From IMG/VR virus record IMGVR_UViG_3300033273_000513, positions 1 to 64,000 of that record: a DNA stretch of 64,000 bases; one strand, written 5' to 3'. Made by a program: the position numbers and the translations under genes. The notes beneath the pieces were generated by a model. That model ran no database searches. It was not told the origin of the DNA and was given only the letters and a program-made list of their open reading frames with translations. Shown one piece after another: positions 1-8,699 of this stretch. The first letter of the stretch is position 1. The number at the start of each line of letters is the position of its first letter. Source of the stretch: a virus.

Positions 1-2
1 AA

Positions 3-158
3 CGCAAGAAAGGTGGATCTGCTACACTCAAAGGAACTTCCAAAACATCTTGGCCAGGTAAGGGCAAGAATGTTAAAGTAGGGAAGATGAAACCAGGACG
101 CACTGGTGAATTTGATACCAAAGTCAAAAACAAAACATTTACTTATGAAGAAGACTAA
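3..158 (+). CDS. 3' end of a hypothetical protein entering from upstream of the window
   Basis: Open frame from nt 3 (RKKGGSATLKGTSKTSWPGKG...TYEED) to TAA 156-158, overlapping the next ATG. Confidence 0.6.
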   Translation, partial: RKKGGSATLKGTSKTSWPGKGKNVKVGKMKPGRTGEFDTKVKNKTFTYEED

Positions 159-336
159 ATTTCCATGGCCACATCATATTGACGAAGAGACAAAAAGTGT
201 CTCTGTTTATGTTGCTAGTGGGTATCCAACTGTTATGATGGTTCCTAAGAAAGTAGAAGAATACTTTCCTGGATATAAAGGTAAAGTAGTATCCAAAGAT
301 TACTTTGATAAATTGACGAAGGGCAACGCACTTTGA
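145..336 (+). CDS. small hypothetical protein
   Basis: ATG at 145 within the listed 106..336 ORF; followed by a terminator. Confidence 0.6.
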   Translation: MKKTKFPWPHHIDEETKSVSVYVASGYPTVMMVPKKVEEYFPGYKGKVVSKDYFDKLTKGNAL

Positions 337-347
337 TATCCTGACAG

Positions 348-372
348 AGACTCTCTTCGGAGAGTCTTTTTT
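348..372 (+). terminator. Rho-independent terminator
   Basis: AGACTCTC-TTCG-GAGAGTCT stem with UUCG loop, followed by a T run. Confidence 0.85.
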
Positions 373-402
373 ATGCTATATAAAAAAGTTGCATAAACTC
401 AC

Positions 403-726
403 ATGAAGTTTATCTTCGCACTCATTGCATCAATCGTTTTCGCTGCGCCTGCATGGGCAGTCGATGTTCAAATGGGTTCTAACGGAAACCTAGTCTTTGA
501 TCCTGCAGAAGTCACGATCTCTGCAGGTGAATCAGTTCATTTTGTCAACAACATGCTTCCACCACATAACGTCATTGTTGAGGATCGTCCTGACTTAGGT
601 CATGAAGCCCTTGCAATGATGCCTGGTGAGGAGTTTGATGTTGCATTTCCAGAGGCAGGGGATTATACTTATTGGTGCGGACCTCACAAGGGCGCAGGTA
701 TGATTGGAACCGTACACGTCGAATGA
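403..726 (+). CDS. petE: plastocyanin
   Basis: Signal peptide (..APAWA); type-1 copper ligands PHNV...YWCGPHKGAGM. Confidence 0.95.
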   Translation: MKFIFALIASIVFAAPAWAVDVQMGSNGNLVFDPAEVTISAGESVHFVNNMLPPHNVIVEDRPDLGHEALAMMPGEEFDVAFPEAGDYTYWCGPHKGAGMIGTVHVE

Positions 727-1409
727 AGTACACACACAACTACATGAAAATCTTTCTTGATACAGCAGACACCGAACTTATTCATAAGTATCATCGGACA
801 GGTCTGATTGATGGTATCACTACAAATCCCACTCTCATCATGAAGAGTGGAAGAAACCCAGAGGATGTCTATCAGGAAATCAAGGACATCGGCATCAAAG
901 ACATCAGTATGGAAGTCGTTGGTGATGAGGGTCAGATGTATTGCGAAGGCAAACGTCTGTATGAAAAGTTTGGTGATGTATGCACGGTCAAAGTACCTTG
1001 CACCAGAGAAGGCCTGGCGGTCTGCAAATCCCTCTCTGACCAGAACATTAGGGTGAATGTCACTTTGATCTTCACCGCCCCTCAGGCGGTTCTGGCTGCG
1101 AAGGCAGGTGCGACATATGTTTCACCATTCGTGGGTCGTCTAGATGATCAACAGGTTGCAGGTCTTGAAGTCGTGAGAGCCATCGCCGATCTGTATCGTA
1201 TTCACGGTGTCAGAACTCAAGTTCTCTCCGCATCTATTCGTAGTGTCCAACGTGCCGTTAGGTCCTGGTATAACGGTGCTCAGATCTGCACGATGCCTCC
1301 TAAGGTGTTTGATCAGATGTATGATCACATGCTGACTGATAAGGGCATGGAGATTTTCAATAACGATTGGGAGTCTGTAAATGCAACAATTCAACAAAAC
1401 TATTCTTGA
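723..1409 (+). CDS. talC: transaldolase (TalC/MipB family); start at 723 or 744
   Basis: MKIFLDTAD, GITTNPTL, VNVTLIF, AGATYVSPFVGRLDD motifs. Confidence 0.95.
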   Translation: MKYTHNYMKIFLDTADTELIHKYHRTGLIDGITTNPTLIMKSGRNPEDVYQEIKDIGIKDISMEVVGDEGQMYCEGKRLYEKFGDVCTVKVPCTREGLAVCKSLSDQNIRVNVTLIFTAPQAVLAAKAGATYVSPFVGRLDDQQVAGLEVVRAIADLYRIHGVRTQVLSASIRSVQRAVRSWYNGAQICTMPPKVFDQMYDHMLTDKGMEIFNNDWESVNATIQQNYS

Positions 1410-1896
1410 GATAACAATCTCAATCATTGATTATCTCTACAGGGGTAGACACTTTCAAAGGTTCTGGGTTTTAGAGGAGATTGCTCGCGCACCTTACTTT
1501 GCATTCCTGAGTGTTTTACATTTAAGAGAATCATTAGGTTTGCGTGGTCCAGAACATCTATACTTGATGAAAGAACACTTCGCACAAACGGTCAATGAGA
1601 CAGAACATCTGGAGTACATGGAATCTAGGGGCGGTAATTCTTATTGGATTGATCGCTTTTTTGCCAGACACCTGGTACTTATCTATTATTGGGTCAACGT
1701 GGTTTATTATTGGGTATCTCCTCGCTCTGCTTACCACCTCTCCTACGAAATAGAAGTTCATGCTGCGGTTACTTATGCAAAGTATCTTGCAATGAATGGA
1801 CCAGATGAAAGGATCCTTGAGATCTTGAATGATGAACTACACCACTCAAAAGAACTTCAAGATGCGATGGAGATGATTAATGGCTCATCGATTTGA
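1381..1896 (+). CDS. ptoX: plastoquinol terminal oxidase
   Basis: RFWVLEEIARAPYFAF, NETEH and DELHH di-iron motifs. Confidence 0.92.
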   Translation: MQQFNKTILEITISIIDYLYRGRHFQRFWVLEEIARAPYFAFLSVLHLRESLGLRGPEHLYLMKEHFAQTVNETEHLEYMESRGGNSYWIDRFFARHLVLIYYWVNVVYYWVSPRSAYHLSYEIEVHAAVTYAKYLAMNGPDERILEILNDELHHSKELQDAMEMINGSSI

Positions 1897-2152
1897 ACAG
1901 ATTCAACCTTCACATTGTTATACTAAACAGGAGGTTGATGACCTAATTAAAGATGCGATTGAAGAGGCAATGCGGAAACACAACCGCAATGCCTCTTTGA
2001 TTAGTATGACTCTTGGAATTCTGTTCCTTGCTGCATTTACTGATGGGTTCTTCAGAGCCATTGGAATCATCCCACCGTTCATGAACATTGACATCAATCT
2101 TATGAATCAAGTTGTTGATGCAGTTACTGACAAAGTTGCAAACAAATTATGA
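1880..2152 (+). CDS. hypothetical membrane protein
   Basis: Coupled ORF with one hydrophobic segment. Confidence 0.65.
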   Translation: MAHRFEQIQPSHCYTKQEVDDLIKDAIEEAMRKHNRNASLISMTLGILFLAAFTDGFFRAIGIIPPFMNIDINLMNQVVDAVTDKVANKL

Positions 2153-2337
2153 GTTACGACCTGATTAAATCAAGTGATCCTCAGTATTTCACTCAGACAT
2201 CTGATGATCCATACGATCGTCACAAATACAAAGTCATCTCAAAGACTGGAGATGAAGTCACCGTCGATGATTGGGAGTCAGCTCAACTCATCTGGTGGAA
2301 CAGCAAGTCCTTTCTATCACACATCGAAGTCATATGA
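2149..2337 (+). CDS. hypothetical protein
   Basis: ATGA-coupled ORF. Confidence 0.65.
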   Translation: MSYDLIKSSDPQYFTQTSDDPYDRHKYKVISKTGDEVTVDDWESAQLIWWNSKSFLSHIEVI

Positions 2338-2453
2338 GTTGTCCATACTGCGGGAGAGACGATACACCTTGTACAGAAGTCAATAGTCTTGCTAGTGCAT
2401 GGGCAAGACAATCGTGTAAATACAAGTACGAAAAATCTAAGAAAGAAGAATGA
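2334..2453 (+). CDS. small CxxC protein (MSCPYCGRDDTPC...)
   Basis: ATGA overlaps at both ends; 39 aa. Confidence 0.5.
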   Translation: MSCPYCGRDDTPCTEVNSLASAWARQSCKYKYEKSKKEE

Positions 2454-2686
2454 AATTCATTGTTTATTCAAAGGACGGATGTCCTTATTGCACTAAAGTA
2501 AGTCAAGTTCTGCAACTTGCGGAACAGAAACATGTGGTCAACAAACTAGGGGTTGACTTTACCCCAGAAGAGTTTTACTCTAAGTTTGGTAAAGGCTCTA
2601 CGTTCCCTCAAATTATCGTTGATGATAAATCAATTGGAGGGTGTATGGACACCGTATCGTTTCTCAGGGAGAAAAATCTAATCTAA
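2450..2686 (+). CDS. nrdC: glutaredoxin
   Basis: CPYC active site, TFPQI, IGG. Confidence 0.92.
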   Translation: MKFIVYSKDGCPYCTKVSQVLQLAEQKHVVNKLGVDFTPEEFYSKFGKGSTFPQIIVDDKSIGGCMDTVSFLREKNLI

Positions 2687-3039
2687 TGGAAGATTTAGAC
2701 GCAGTTGTAGAATCCGCTATCGATTACGTTTTCACAAAGAGAAAGTATGTTTTTGACTTCGACCATTATCTTCGGTCTGCGAAGATCACTGGACCTGAAA
2801 TCAAACGATTCATAGAAAGTTCGACAGCTGCAAACCTGTCATTCATGGTTGATGATTTAGATTTGTACTTAGAGGGCGGGAGTGATAACCTCCATAAACA
2901 ACTCCGCGAAGCCTATGGTTACATTCCTAAACCAGAGGCAAGAAAGATTAGAAATTATTTGTATAAAATTCTTGAAGATGCCTGGAATTACGAAAAGACC
3001 CGTAGACGAGGAAGACGCCCCAAAGCTAAGAATAAATAA
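2686..3039 (+). CDS. conserved cyanophage hypothetical protein
   Basis: TAATG-coupled ORF with basic C-terminus. Confidence 0.7.
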   Translation: MEDLDAVVESAIDYVFTKRKYVFDFDHYLRSAKITGPEIKRFIESSTAANLSFMVDDLDLYLEGGSDNLHKQLREAYGYIPKPEARKIRNYLYKILEDAWNYEKTRRRGRRPKAKNK

Positions 3040-3115
3040 AGGTGTTGAACTAATGTTAAGGAAGGAGGATCCCCCGACACCAAAAGAGACCAAACTTAAT
3101 CTGGGAGAAATAAAA

Positions 3116-3349
3116 ATGTTAGCACTCACCTTAACTTTGAGCACACTCATTTCCGTGCTTTTCCTTGCTGTTGGTGGTATAATTGGATGGTTGTATAAAG
3201 ATCACATCCAAAAGACTGCCCCACTTCCATTACATCCTGAGATGTTTGATGAACAAGGTAATGTAATCCCAGATGAGATCATCACTTTCCGTGTTGAGAA
3301 CTCCGACTTTCTTTATTCCGATCTAGATGACGACTACGAAGAAGATTAA
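3116..3349 (+). CDS. hypothetical membrane protein
   Basis: GGAGA RBS, N-terminal TM helix, HPEMFDEQG motif. Confidence 0.65.
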   Translation: MLALTLTLSTLISVLFLAVGGIIGWLYKDHIQKTAPLPLHPEMFDEQGNVIPDEIITFRVENSDFLYSDLDDDYEED

Positions 3350-3351
3350 TT

Positions 3352-3837
3352 ATGCCCATGACTGACACACATCCTGAACTTGGTGAATCGAGACTCCCAA
3401 GTAATCCTCTGTTGAGTGAAGTCCTCGCAAAGGTTTCCAAACAGAGAACTAAAGCCAAAAAGATTCAAGTTCTGAAAGAGAATGAGTCCTTGCATCTCAA
3501 GGCTATTCTGATTTGGAACTTTGATGATACCGTTGTATCTGTTCTGCCTGAAGGGGAAGTTCCTTACAATAAGAATGAGGCACCTGCAGGCACTGAACAC
3601 ACCTACCTTGCACATGAGTGGAAAGTTCTTTACAACTTTGTGAAAGGTGGTAATGATTTCCTTCGTCCAGTCAAGAGAGAACAACTGTTCCTCCAACTTC
3701 TTGAAGGACTTCATCCAGATGAAGCCGATATTGTTTGTCTGGTGAAGGACAAGAATCTGACTGAAAAATATAAACTCTCACGACCAGTTGTAGAAGAAGC
3801 ATTCCCAGACATCGAATGGGGTAACCGAGGAGGTTGA
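3352..3837 (+). CDS. conserved T4-like hypothetical protein
   Basis: LPEGEVPY and KREQLFLQLLEGLHPDEA motifs typical of this cyanophage locus. Confidence 0.75.
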   Translation: MPMTDTHPELGESRLPSNPLLSEVLAKVSKQRTKAKKIQVLKENESLHLKAILIWNFDDTVVSVLPEGEVPYNKNEAPAGTEHTYLAHEWKVLYNFVKGGNDFLRPVKREQLFLQLLEGLHPDEADIVCLVKDKNLTEKYKLSRPVVEEAFPDIEWGNRGG

Positions 3838-3839
3838 AC

Positions 3840-4196
3840 ATGACTCAAAAAGTCCAAACAACAGAAGAAGTAATGCAGGAAAATTACTGGACTCCTTCGG
3901 ATAAGAAGGACCACAAAACAATTTACTCTACAGAACTTCTTGTTGAAAATTGTAATGAGATGGACGCCACTAACCCATCAAATCCAACTGATGCATATCT
4001 GATTACCTACCGTAGTCCTGACGGAGACATCCGAAGAGACTTGGTACGAACAACAAAACGTTCTAGGTTGTTTGATATGTACTATGATAAGTTTGGACCA
4101 AACACTGTAATCTCCATTGACTTTGGTCCTGGAACTATCAATCCTAAACTGTGGAACTTACCTAAACCTGAAGCTAAGAAGAAGAGGGAACGATGA
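3840..4196 (+). CDS. hypothetical protein
   Basis: GGAGG RBS; LFDMYYDKFG motif. Confidence 0.7.
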   Translation: MTQKVQTTEEVMQENYWTPSDKKDHKTIYSTELLVENCNEMDATNPSNPTDAYLITYRSPDGDIRRDLVRTTKRSRLFDMYYDKFGPNTVISIDFGPGTINPKLWNLPKPEAKKKRER

Positions 4197-4420
4197 GTAT
4201 TGGTTTTGGTTTTGATGGTAATGAAAAGAAGAAGGGTATTCGCCTCAACATGGAGGAGGTGAATAAACTCACCAAAGAATACAAGAAACTCAAGAAGTAC
4301 ATGAAAACAAACTTCTATGAGATTCAGAGTATCAATGGGAGTGAAAAAATTATTTCTGAACTTTTGAATAATTATGGAGACAACGATGGACAAGGAGAAA
4401 CTGAAACTGATCGTCCGTAA
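4193..4420 (+). CDS. hypothetical protein
   Basis: ATGA-coupled ORF. Confidence 0.6.
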   Translation: MSIGFGFDGNEKKKGIRLNMEEVNKLTKEYKKLKKYMKTNFYEIQSINGSEKIISELLNNYGDNDGQGETETDRP

Positions 4421-4613
4421 TCTGGAATCTCTGGTAGAATGTTTGAAGTCTGAGGTTTACTCTGATGTGACTTCATACAAATACGAAGAGATCGCACCAC
4501 ACATTACTGACTACGACGAAATTTTTGAGGATGATGACTATGACGATAGTGTGACTAATCGTGTAAATAATTCATACAGATTAGTTAACGACGATGATGG
4601 AGATGGATTATAG
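4386..4613 (+). CDS. hypothetical acidic protein (MDKEKLKLIVRNLESLV...)
   Basis: GGAGA RBS; in operon. Confidence 0.65.
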   Translation: MDKEKLKLIVRNLESLVECLKSEVYSDVTSYKYEEIAPHITDYDEIFEDDDYDDSVTNRVNNSYRLVNDDDGDGL

Positions 4614-5097
4614 GATACTCGATGAGTATCCTCATTATAAAATATATCCAGATGGAAAAGTTTATTCAATTAAACTTAAAAAATATATTAACGGGCATAA
4701 AAACAAAAGAGGATATTATGCTTTTACCTTGTATGATTTAAAAGGAAAAAGAAAACATAAGGGATTACATCAACTTCTTGCTATGGCATTTATTCCAAAT
4801 CCAAAGGGATATGAAATAGTCAGACATCTTGATGATGACAAAGATAATAATTCTTTGTCTAATCTGAAATGGGGAACAATAAAAGAAAATATTGAAGATG
4901 CCATTAGGAATAATGTTTTTAAAATGCCAGACAACTCTAGAAAATGGTTGATTAAAGATCCTAATGGTGTTATAATAGAAGTTGAAAATCTTTCAAAGTT
5001 TTGTTCTGAAAATAATCTATCAAAACAAAATTTACATAAAACATACAAGGGTGATAGAAATCATCACAAAGATTATAAATTGTTGAGAATGTTATGA
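4594..5097 (+). CDS. free-standing HNH homing endonuclease (NUMOD4/HNH_3-type); start possibly 4603
   Basis: LHQLLAMAFIPNP..VRHLDDDKDNNSLSNLKWGT; visibly more AT-rich than its neighbours; directly upstream of thyX. Confidence 0.85.
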   Translation: MMEMDYRILDEYPHYKIYPDGKVYSIKLKKYINGHKNKRGYYAFTLYDLKGKRKHKGLHQLLAMAFIPNPKGYEIVRHLDDDKDNNSLSNLKWGTIKENIEDAIRNNVFKMPDNSRKWLIKDPNGVIIEVENLSKFCSENNLSKQNLHKTYKGDRNHHKDYKLLRML

Positions 5098-5753
5098 GTC
5101 AAGAAGTCAAACTAGTAAGCGTTACTCCCGATGCGGAGCAGACTATGGCTTACATTGCCAGAGTCTCTAACCCAAATAACCAGACCAATGAAAACTATGC
5201 TAAGTTGTTGGGTTACTGTATTAAGCACAATCACTGGAGTGTGTTCGAACAATCGTTCATGACTCTGGAGATCGAGACCACCAGAGCTATCGCGGCTCAA
5301 ATTTTGCGCCACCGCTCATTTACATATCAAGAGTTTTCGCAACGGTATGCAGACTCTTCTTTACTTGGTAATCAGATCCCTCTGCCTGAACTGCGTCGTC
5401 AGGATGAGAAGAATCGTCAGAACAGTATTGATGATCTGGATCCCTTTGAGGTTCAGATTCTAGAGAAACAGATGCAGACTCTGTTTGACTCGTCTATGGC
5501 TCTGTACCAACAGATGTTGAAACGAGGTGTTGCAAAAGAATGTGCTCGTAATGTTCTTCCATTGTGTACTCCCACTCGCATCTACATGAGTGGATCTTGC
5601 CGTTCGTGGATTCATTACATCGCACTCCGAGAAAAATCAGGAACTCAAAAAGAACATATGGATATTGCCAAAGGATGCAAAAAAATCTTTGCAGAGCAGT
5701 TTCCAACTTGTACCGAAGCCCTTGGAGGTTTAGATGTAGATTGGGTATTGTAA
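5094..5753 (+). CDS. thyX: flavin-dependent thymidylate synthase
   Basis: HWSVFEQ, QILRHRSFTYQEFSQRY, ECARNVLP, TQKEH. Confidence 0.95.
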   Translation: MSQEVKLVSVTPDAEQTMAYIARVSNPNNQTNENYAKLLGYCIKHNHWSVFEQSFMTLEIETTRAIAAQILRHRSFTYQEFSQRYADSSLLGNQIPLPELRRQDEKNRQNSIDDLDPFEVQILEKQMQTLFDSSMALYQQMLKRGVAKECARNVLPLCTPTRIYMSGSCRSWIHYIALREKSGTQKEHMDIAKGCKKIFAEQFPTCTEALGGLDVDWVL

Positions 5754-5785
5754 TGTATCCATAAATAAGTTCATATCATTAAGAG

Positions 5786-6049
5786 GTGAAAATTTTGGCA
5801 ACATATCCAGTAAAACATAAAGAGACTGGTGAACAAAAATCGATCTCACTGAGTGTTCATGAATGGGATGATTGGTGTAAAGATAATCCAGACTGGCAGA
5901 GAGACTGGTCTGATCCCTCAACCGCACCTGGATGTGCAGAGATAGGTGAATGGCGAGACAAACTCATCGCCAGAAACCCAGGATGGAATGATGTACTTCA
6001 TAAAGCATCCAAAGCACCAGGAGCCCGCGTTACCAAAATCAATCACTAA
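5786..6049 (+). CDS. conserved hypothetical protein (precedes phoH)
   Basis: ATYPVKHKETGE...GWNDVLHKASKAPG; late promoter TAAATA at 5762; start uncertain. Confidence 0.65.
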   Translation: MKILATYPVKHKETGEQKSISLSVHEWDDWCKDNPDWQRDWSDPSTAPGCAEIGEWRDKLIARNPGWNDVLHKASKAPGARVTKINH

Positions 6050-6798
6050 TGGCAAGAAAAGGAAACTCACCCATCGGCGTCGGAATGACCGCGAAACAAA
6101 TGAAGAGAAAGAAACCGATCAACACTGATCTGTTGACAAAAATTGAACCGATCACGGATAATCAGAAAGTTCTTTTTGATTCATACAAAGAGGGTAAGAA
6201 TATTTTTGCATACGGTGCAGCTGGAACGGGTAAGACGTTCGTTGCATTGTACCTCGCACTGAGAGACGTGCTTGATCAATACACTCCTTACGACAAAGTG
6301 TATGTGGTTCGTTCTCTTGTTTCGACACGGGAGATTGGTTTCCTTCCTGGTGACCATGAAGACAAGTCATCTTTGTATCAAATTCCATACAAACATATGG
6401 TAAAATATATGTTTGAGATGGCTACTGATGCTGACTTTGAAATGCTGTATGGTAACCTGAAAATGCAGGAGACCATAAAGTTCTGGTCAACTTCTTTCAT
6501 TCGTGGTACTACGATTGACAAAGCTATCGTTCTGGTTGATGAGTGTCAGAACCTCAACTTCCATGAACTTGACTCCATCATCACACGTTGTGGTGAGGAT
6601 TGTAAGATCATCTTCTGTGGTGATGCAACTCAGACAGACTTGCAGAAGACTCATGAAAAGAATGGCATCCTGGACTTCATGAAGATCCTGGAACAGATGC
6701 CTGAACTCTTCCAGATGGTCGAGTTCAATGTCAATGACATTGTTCGTTCTGGTCTTGTACGGGAGTATCTCATTAGGAAACTTGCTCTAGGTATGTAA
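6049..6798 (+). CDS. phoH: PhoH-like ATPase
   Basis: GAAGTGKT Walker A, REIGFLPG, VDECQN, IVRSGLV. Confidence 0.95.
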   Translation: MARKGNSPIGVGMTAKQMKRKKPINTDLLTKIEPITDNQKVLFDSYKEGKNIFAYGAAGTGKTFVALYLALRDVLDQYTPYDKVYVVRSLVSTREIGFLPGDHEDKSSLYQIPYKHMVKYMFEMATDADFEMLYGNLKMQETIKFWSTSFIRGTTIDKAIVLVDECQNLNFHELDSIITRCGEDCKIIFCGDATQTDLQKTHEKNGILDFMKILEQMPELFQMVEFNVNDIVRSGLVREYLIRKLALGM

Positions 6799-7472
6799 TG
6801 TTCATTGTTGAAAATCACCTCGGTGATCTTGAGTTAGATAAAAAAGAGACTAATGGAATGCGCCTATATAAGTTACCCAATGGTGATTGGGTGCCTTCTA
6901 TTACTTCAGTCACCAGTTTCTACAACAGAGACGTTTTCATTAAGTGGAGACAACGGGTAGGTGATGAGGAAGCCAATCGTATTACGAAGAGAGCCACAAC
7001 AAGAGGCACGGATTTTCACGAAGCCGCACAGGCGTATCTAGAAAACAGAGAGTTGAAATGGGAGGACTATCTTCCCGCAACTCGATTCATGTTCCACCAC
7101 GCAAAACCTTATCTTGATAAGATAGGTACGATCCATGCAATCGAAAGAACTCTATACTCTGAGTATCTGGGACTTGCAGGCCGAGTGGATTGTATCGCAG
7201 AGTATGAAGGAGAACTTGCAGTCATCGACTTCAAGACATCTGACAAGATCAAACCTGAAAAATGGATTGAACAATACTTTGTCCAAGAGACTGCATATGC
7301 GTGCATGTATTACGAATTGACTGGCATTCCTGTCAAGAAACTCATTACAATTATGGTAACTCCTGGTGGTGAGGTTCACATTTATGATAAACGCAACAAA
7401 AGTGACTTTATTAAACTCTTGGTGAATTATGTTAAAAACTTTGTCGAAAACAGAATGGTGGTTAATGGATGA
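6798..7472 (+). CDS. PD-(D/E)XK exonuclease
   Basis: PSITSV, RGTDFH, AGRVDCIAEY..VIDFKTS, QETAY. Confidence 0.9.
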   Translation: MFIVENHLGDLELDKKETNGMRLYKLPNGDWVPSITSVTSFYNRDVFIKWRQRVGDEEANRITKRATTRGTDFHEAAQAYLENRELKWEDYLPATRFMFHHAKPYLDKIGTIHAIERTLYSEYLGLAGRVDCIAEYEGELAVIDFKTSDKIKPEKWIEQYFVQETAYACMYYELTGIPVKKLITIMVTPGGEVHIYDKRNKSDFIKLLVNYVKNFVENRMVVNG

Positions 7473-7716
7473 CATCAACAAGGCTCTAGAGAAGAAGTTC
7501 TTGTGTTCCGCAAGATTCGCACAAGAGATCGAAGGTATTGTCTCTAAGGACAAAATGAGTTATATTGATGCAATCATCTACTACTGTGAAAAGAATGCGA
7601 TTGAACTGGATTCAGTACCCAAACTCATTTCAAAACCTCTGAAGGAGAAACTGAAATGGGAAGCTCAGGAACTCAATTTCCTCAAAAAAACATCACGCGC
7701 AAGACTGCCCTTATGA
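7465..7716 (+). CDS. gp33: late transcription co-activator gp33
   Basis: YIDAIIYYCEKN..ISKPLKEKLKWEAQELNFLK; synteny. Confidence 0.85.
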   Translation: MDDINKALEKKFLCSARFAQEIEGIVSKDKMSYIDAIIYYCEKNAIELDSVPKLISKPLKEKLKWEAQELNFLKKTSRARLPL

Positions 7717-8309
7717 CTGCGTTTGATTGCTATAAGACTTATCTAGCATTCAAAAATCATTTTACGAAGGACAACTTCGACTACTTCAAATACGGCGGTA
7801 AGACGAGAGCGTCTACCGCTTCTTTCAATAAGAGGAAAGATAAATATTTTTTTGAAAAGATGTCCCGTCAGAAGAAAGACGGAGAGATCATTGATTATTT
7901 CACCGCGATCTTCTCACAGTGTGATAACCCAGAGAAGATGTGGATCGGTGAGATCATTCAGATAGGAGAGGAACAGTATCAGACTTGGCAAAAGAAAGTG
8001 CAGAGTCTACGGTATGTGTTCCGACAAGAGATGGAACAGTTGTTTGATGGTAGAGACTTCAACTCTGTGTTTCAGTGTCAGAGTGGTAGTCATCCCATTC
8101 TTGTCAAAGAACATCTGAGGAAGAACGTATCTGTAGAGTCACTGATCATCCTTGACGCCATCCTGTCTTACAAGAGAAATTTCGACGGTAAACTTGATGA
8201 CTTCGTGTGGAAAACCATAAGTCTCAAGGTTGACAAGTACAAACCGTTCCTGTTAAATAATATCGATACCCAAAAGTACAAAGAAATTCTAAGGAGAGTC
8301 GCACTGTGA
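7713..8309 (+). CDS. gp59: helicase loader gp59
   Basis: YLAFKNHFTKDNFDYFKYGGK..FNKRKDKYFFEK. Confidence 0.88.
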   Translation: MTAFDCYKTYLAFKNHFTKDNFDYFKYGGKTRASTASFNKRKDKYFFEKMSRQKKDGEIIDYFTAIFSQCDNPEKMWIGEIIQIGEEQYQTWQKKVQSLRYVFRQEMEQLFDGRDFNSVFQCQSGSHPILVKEHLRKNVSVESLIILDAILSYKRNFDGKLDDFVWKTISLKVDKYKPFLLNNIDTQKYKEILRRVAL

Positions 8310-8653
8310 GTGAGTTTTTTGAATCTGATTTTGTCCGCAAAGGAATGCAGGACATCGAAGATCTGCAAGTCGATCTGCAGAGAGGATTCATGCGGTTTCC
8401 TTCCTTAGATGAAGAAGAACAACAAAAACAATTAGAGTTGTTGGAAACTCTGTTGGAGAAACAACAACTCATGTACACCCGCATGAAACTGTCTGACGAT
8501 CCGAAGGCACACCAGATTGTAACAGATATGAGAGACTCTCTTCCACTACTTGGTATGCCCCCAGGTTCATCAGTCGAACAGGTGTTTATGAATATGAAAG
8601 AAACTCTCAGGAAAGTCCGCGACGGAGAACTTGACCCCTCTGAAGAAATGTAG
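8306..8653 (+). CDS. conserved cyanobacterial/cyanophage protein (DUF1825-like)
   Basis: FFESDFV...LLEKQQLMYTRMKLSDDP. Confidence 0.7.
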   Translation: MSEFFESDFVRKGMQDIEDLQVDLQRGFMRFPSLDEEEQQKQLELLETLLEKQQLMYTRMKLSDDPKAHQIVTDMRDSLPLLGMPPGSSVEQVFMNMKETLRKVRDGELDPSEEM

Positions 8654-8659
8654 TATTAT
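8631..8659 (+). promoter_or_regulatory. sigma70-type promoter for gp32
   Basis: TTGACC-N17-TATTAT. Confidence 0.65.
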
Positions 8660-8699
8660 TCAGAGGTGTTCACAACACAAGCCAAATCCGATTTAATCC

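Noticed and set aside
4594-5753. Group I intron in the thymidylate synthase gene (as in T4 td)
   Set aside because: thyX is uninterrupted, the HNH gene is free-standing upstream, and no intron core was seen.
6798-7472. Cas4 indicating a CRISPR system
   Set aside because: This is the ordinary phage PD-(D/E)XK exonuclease in the phoH-gp33 context and lacks the four-Cys cluster.
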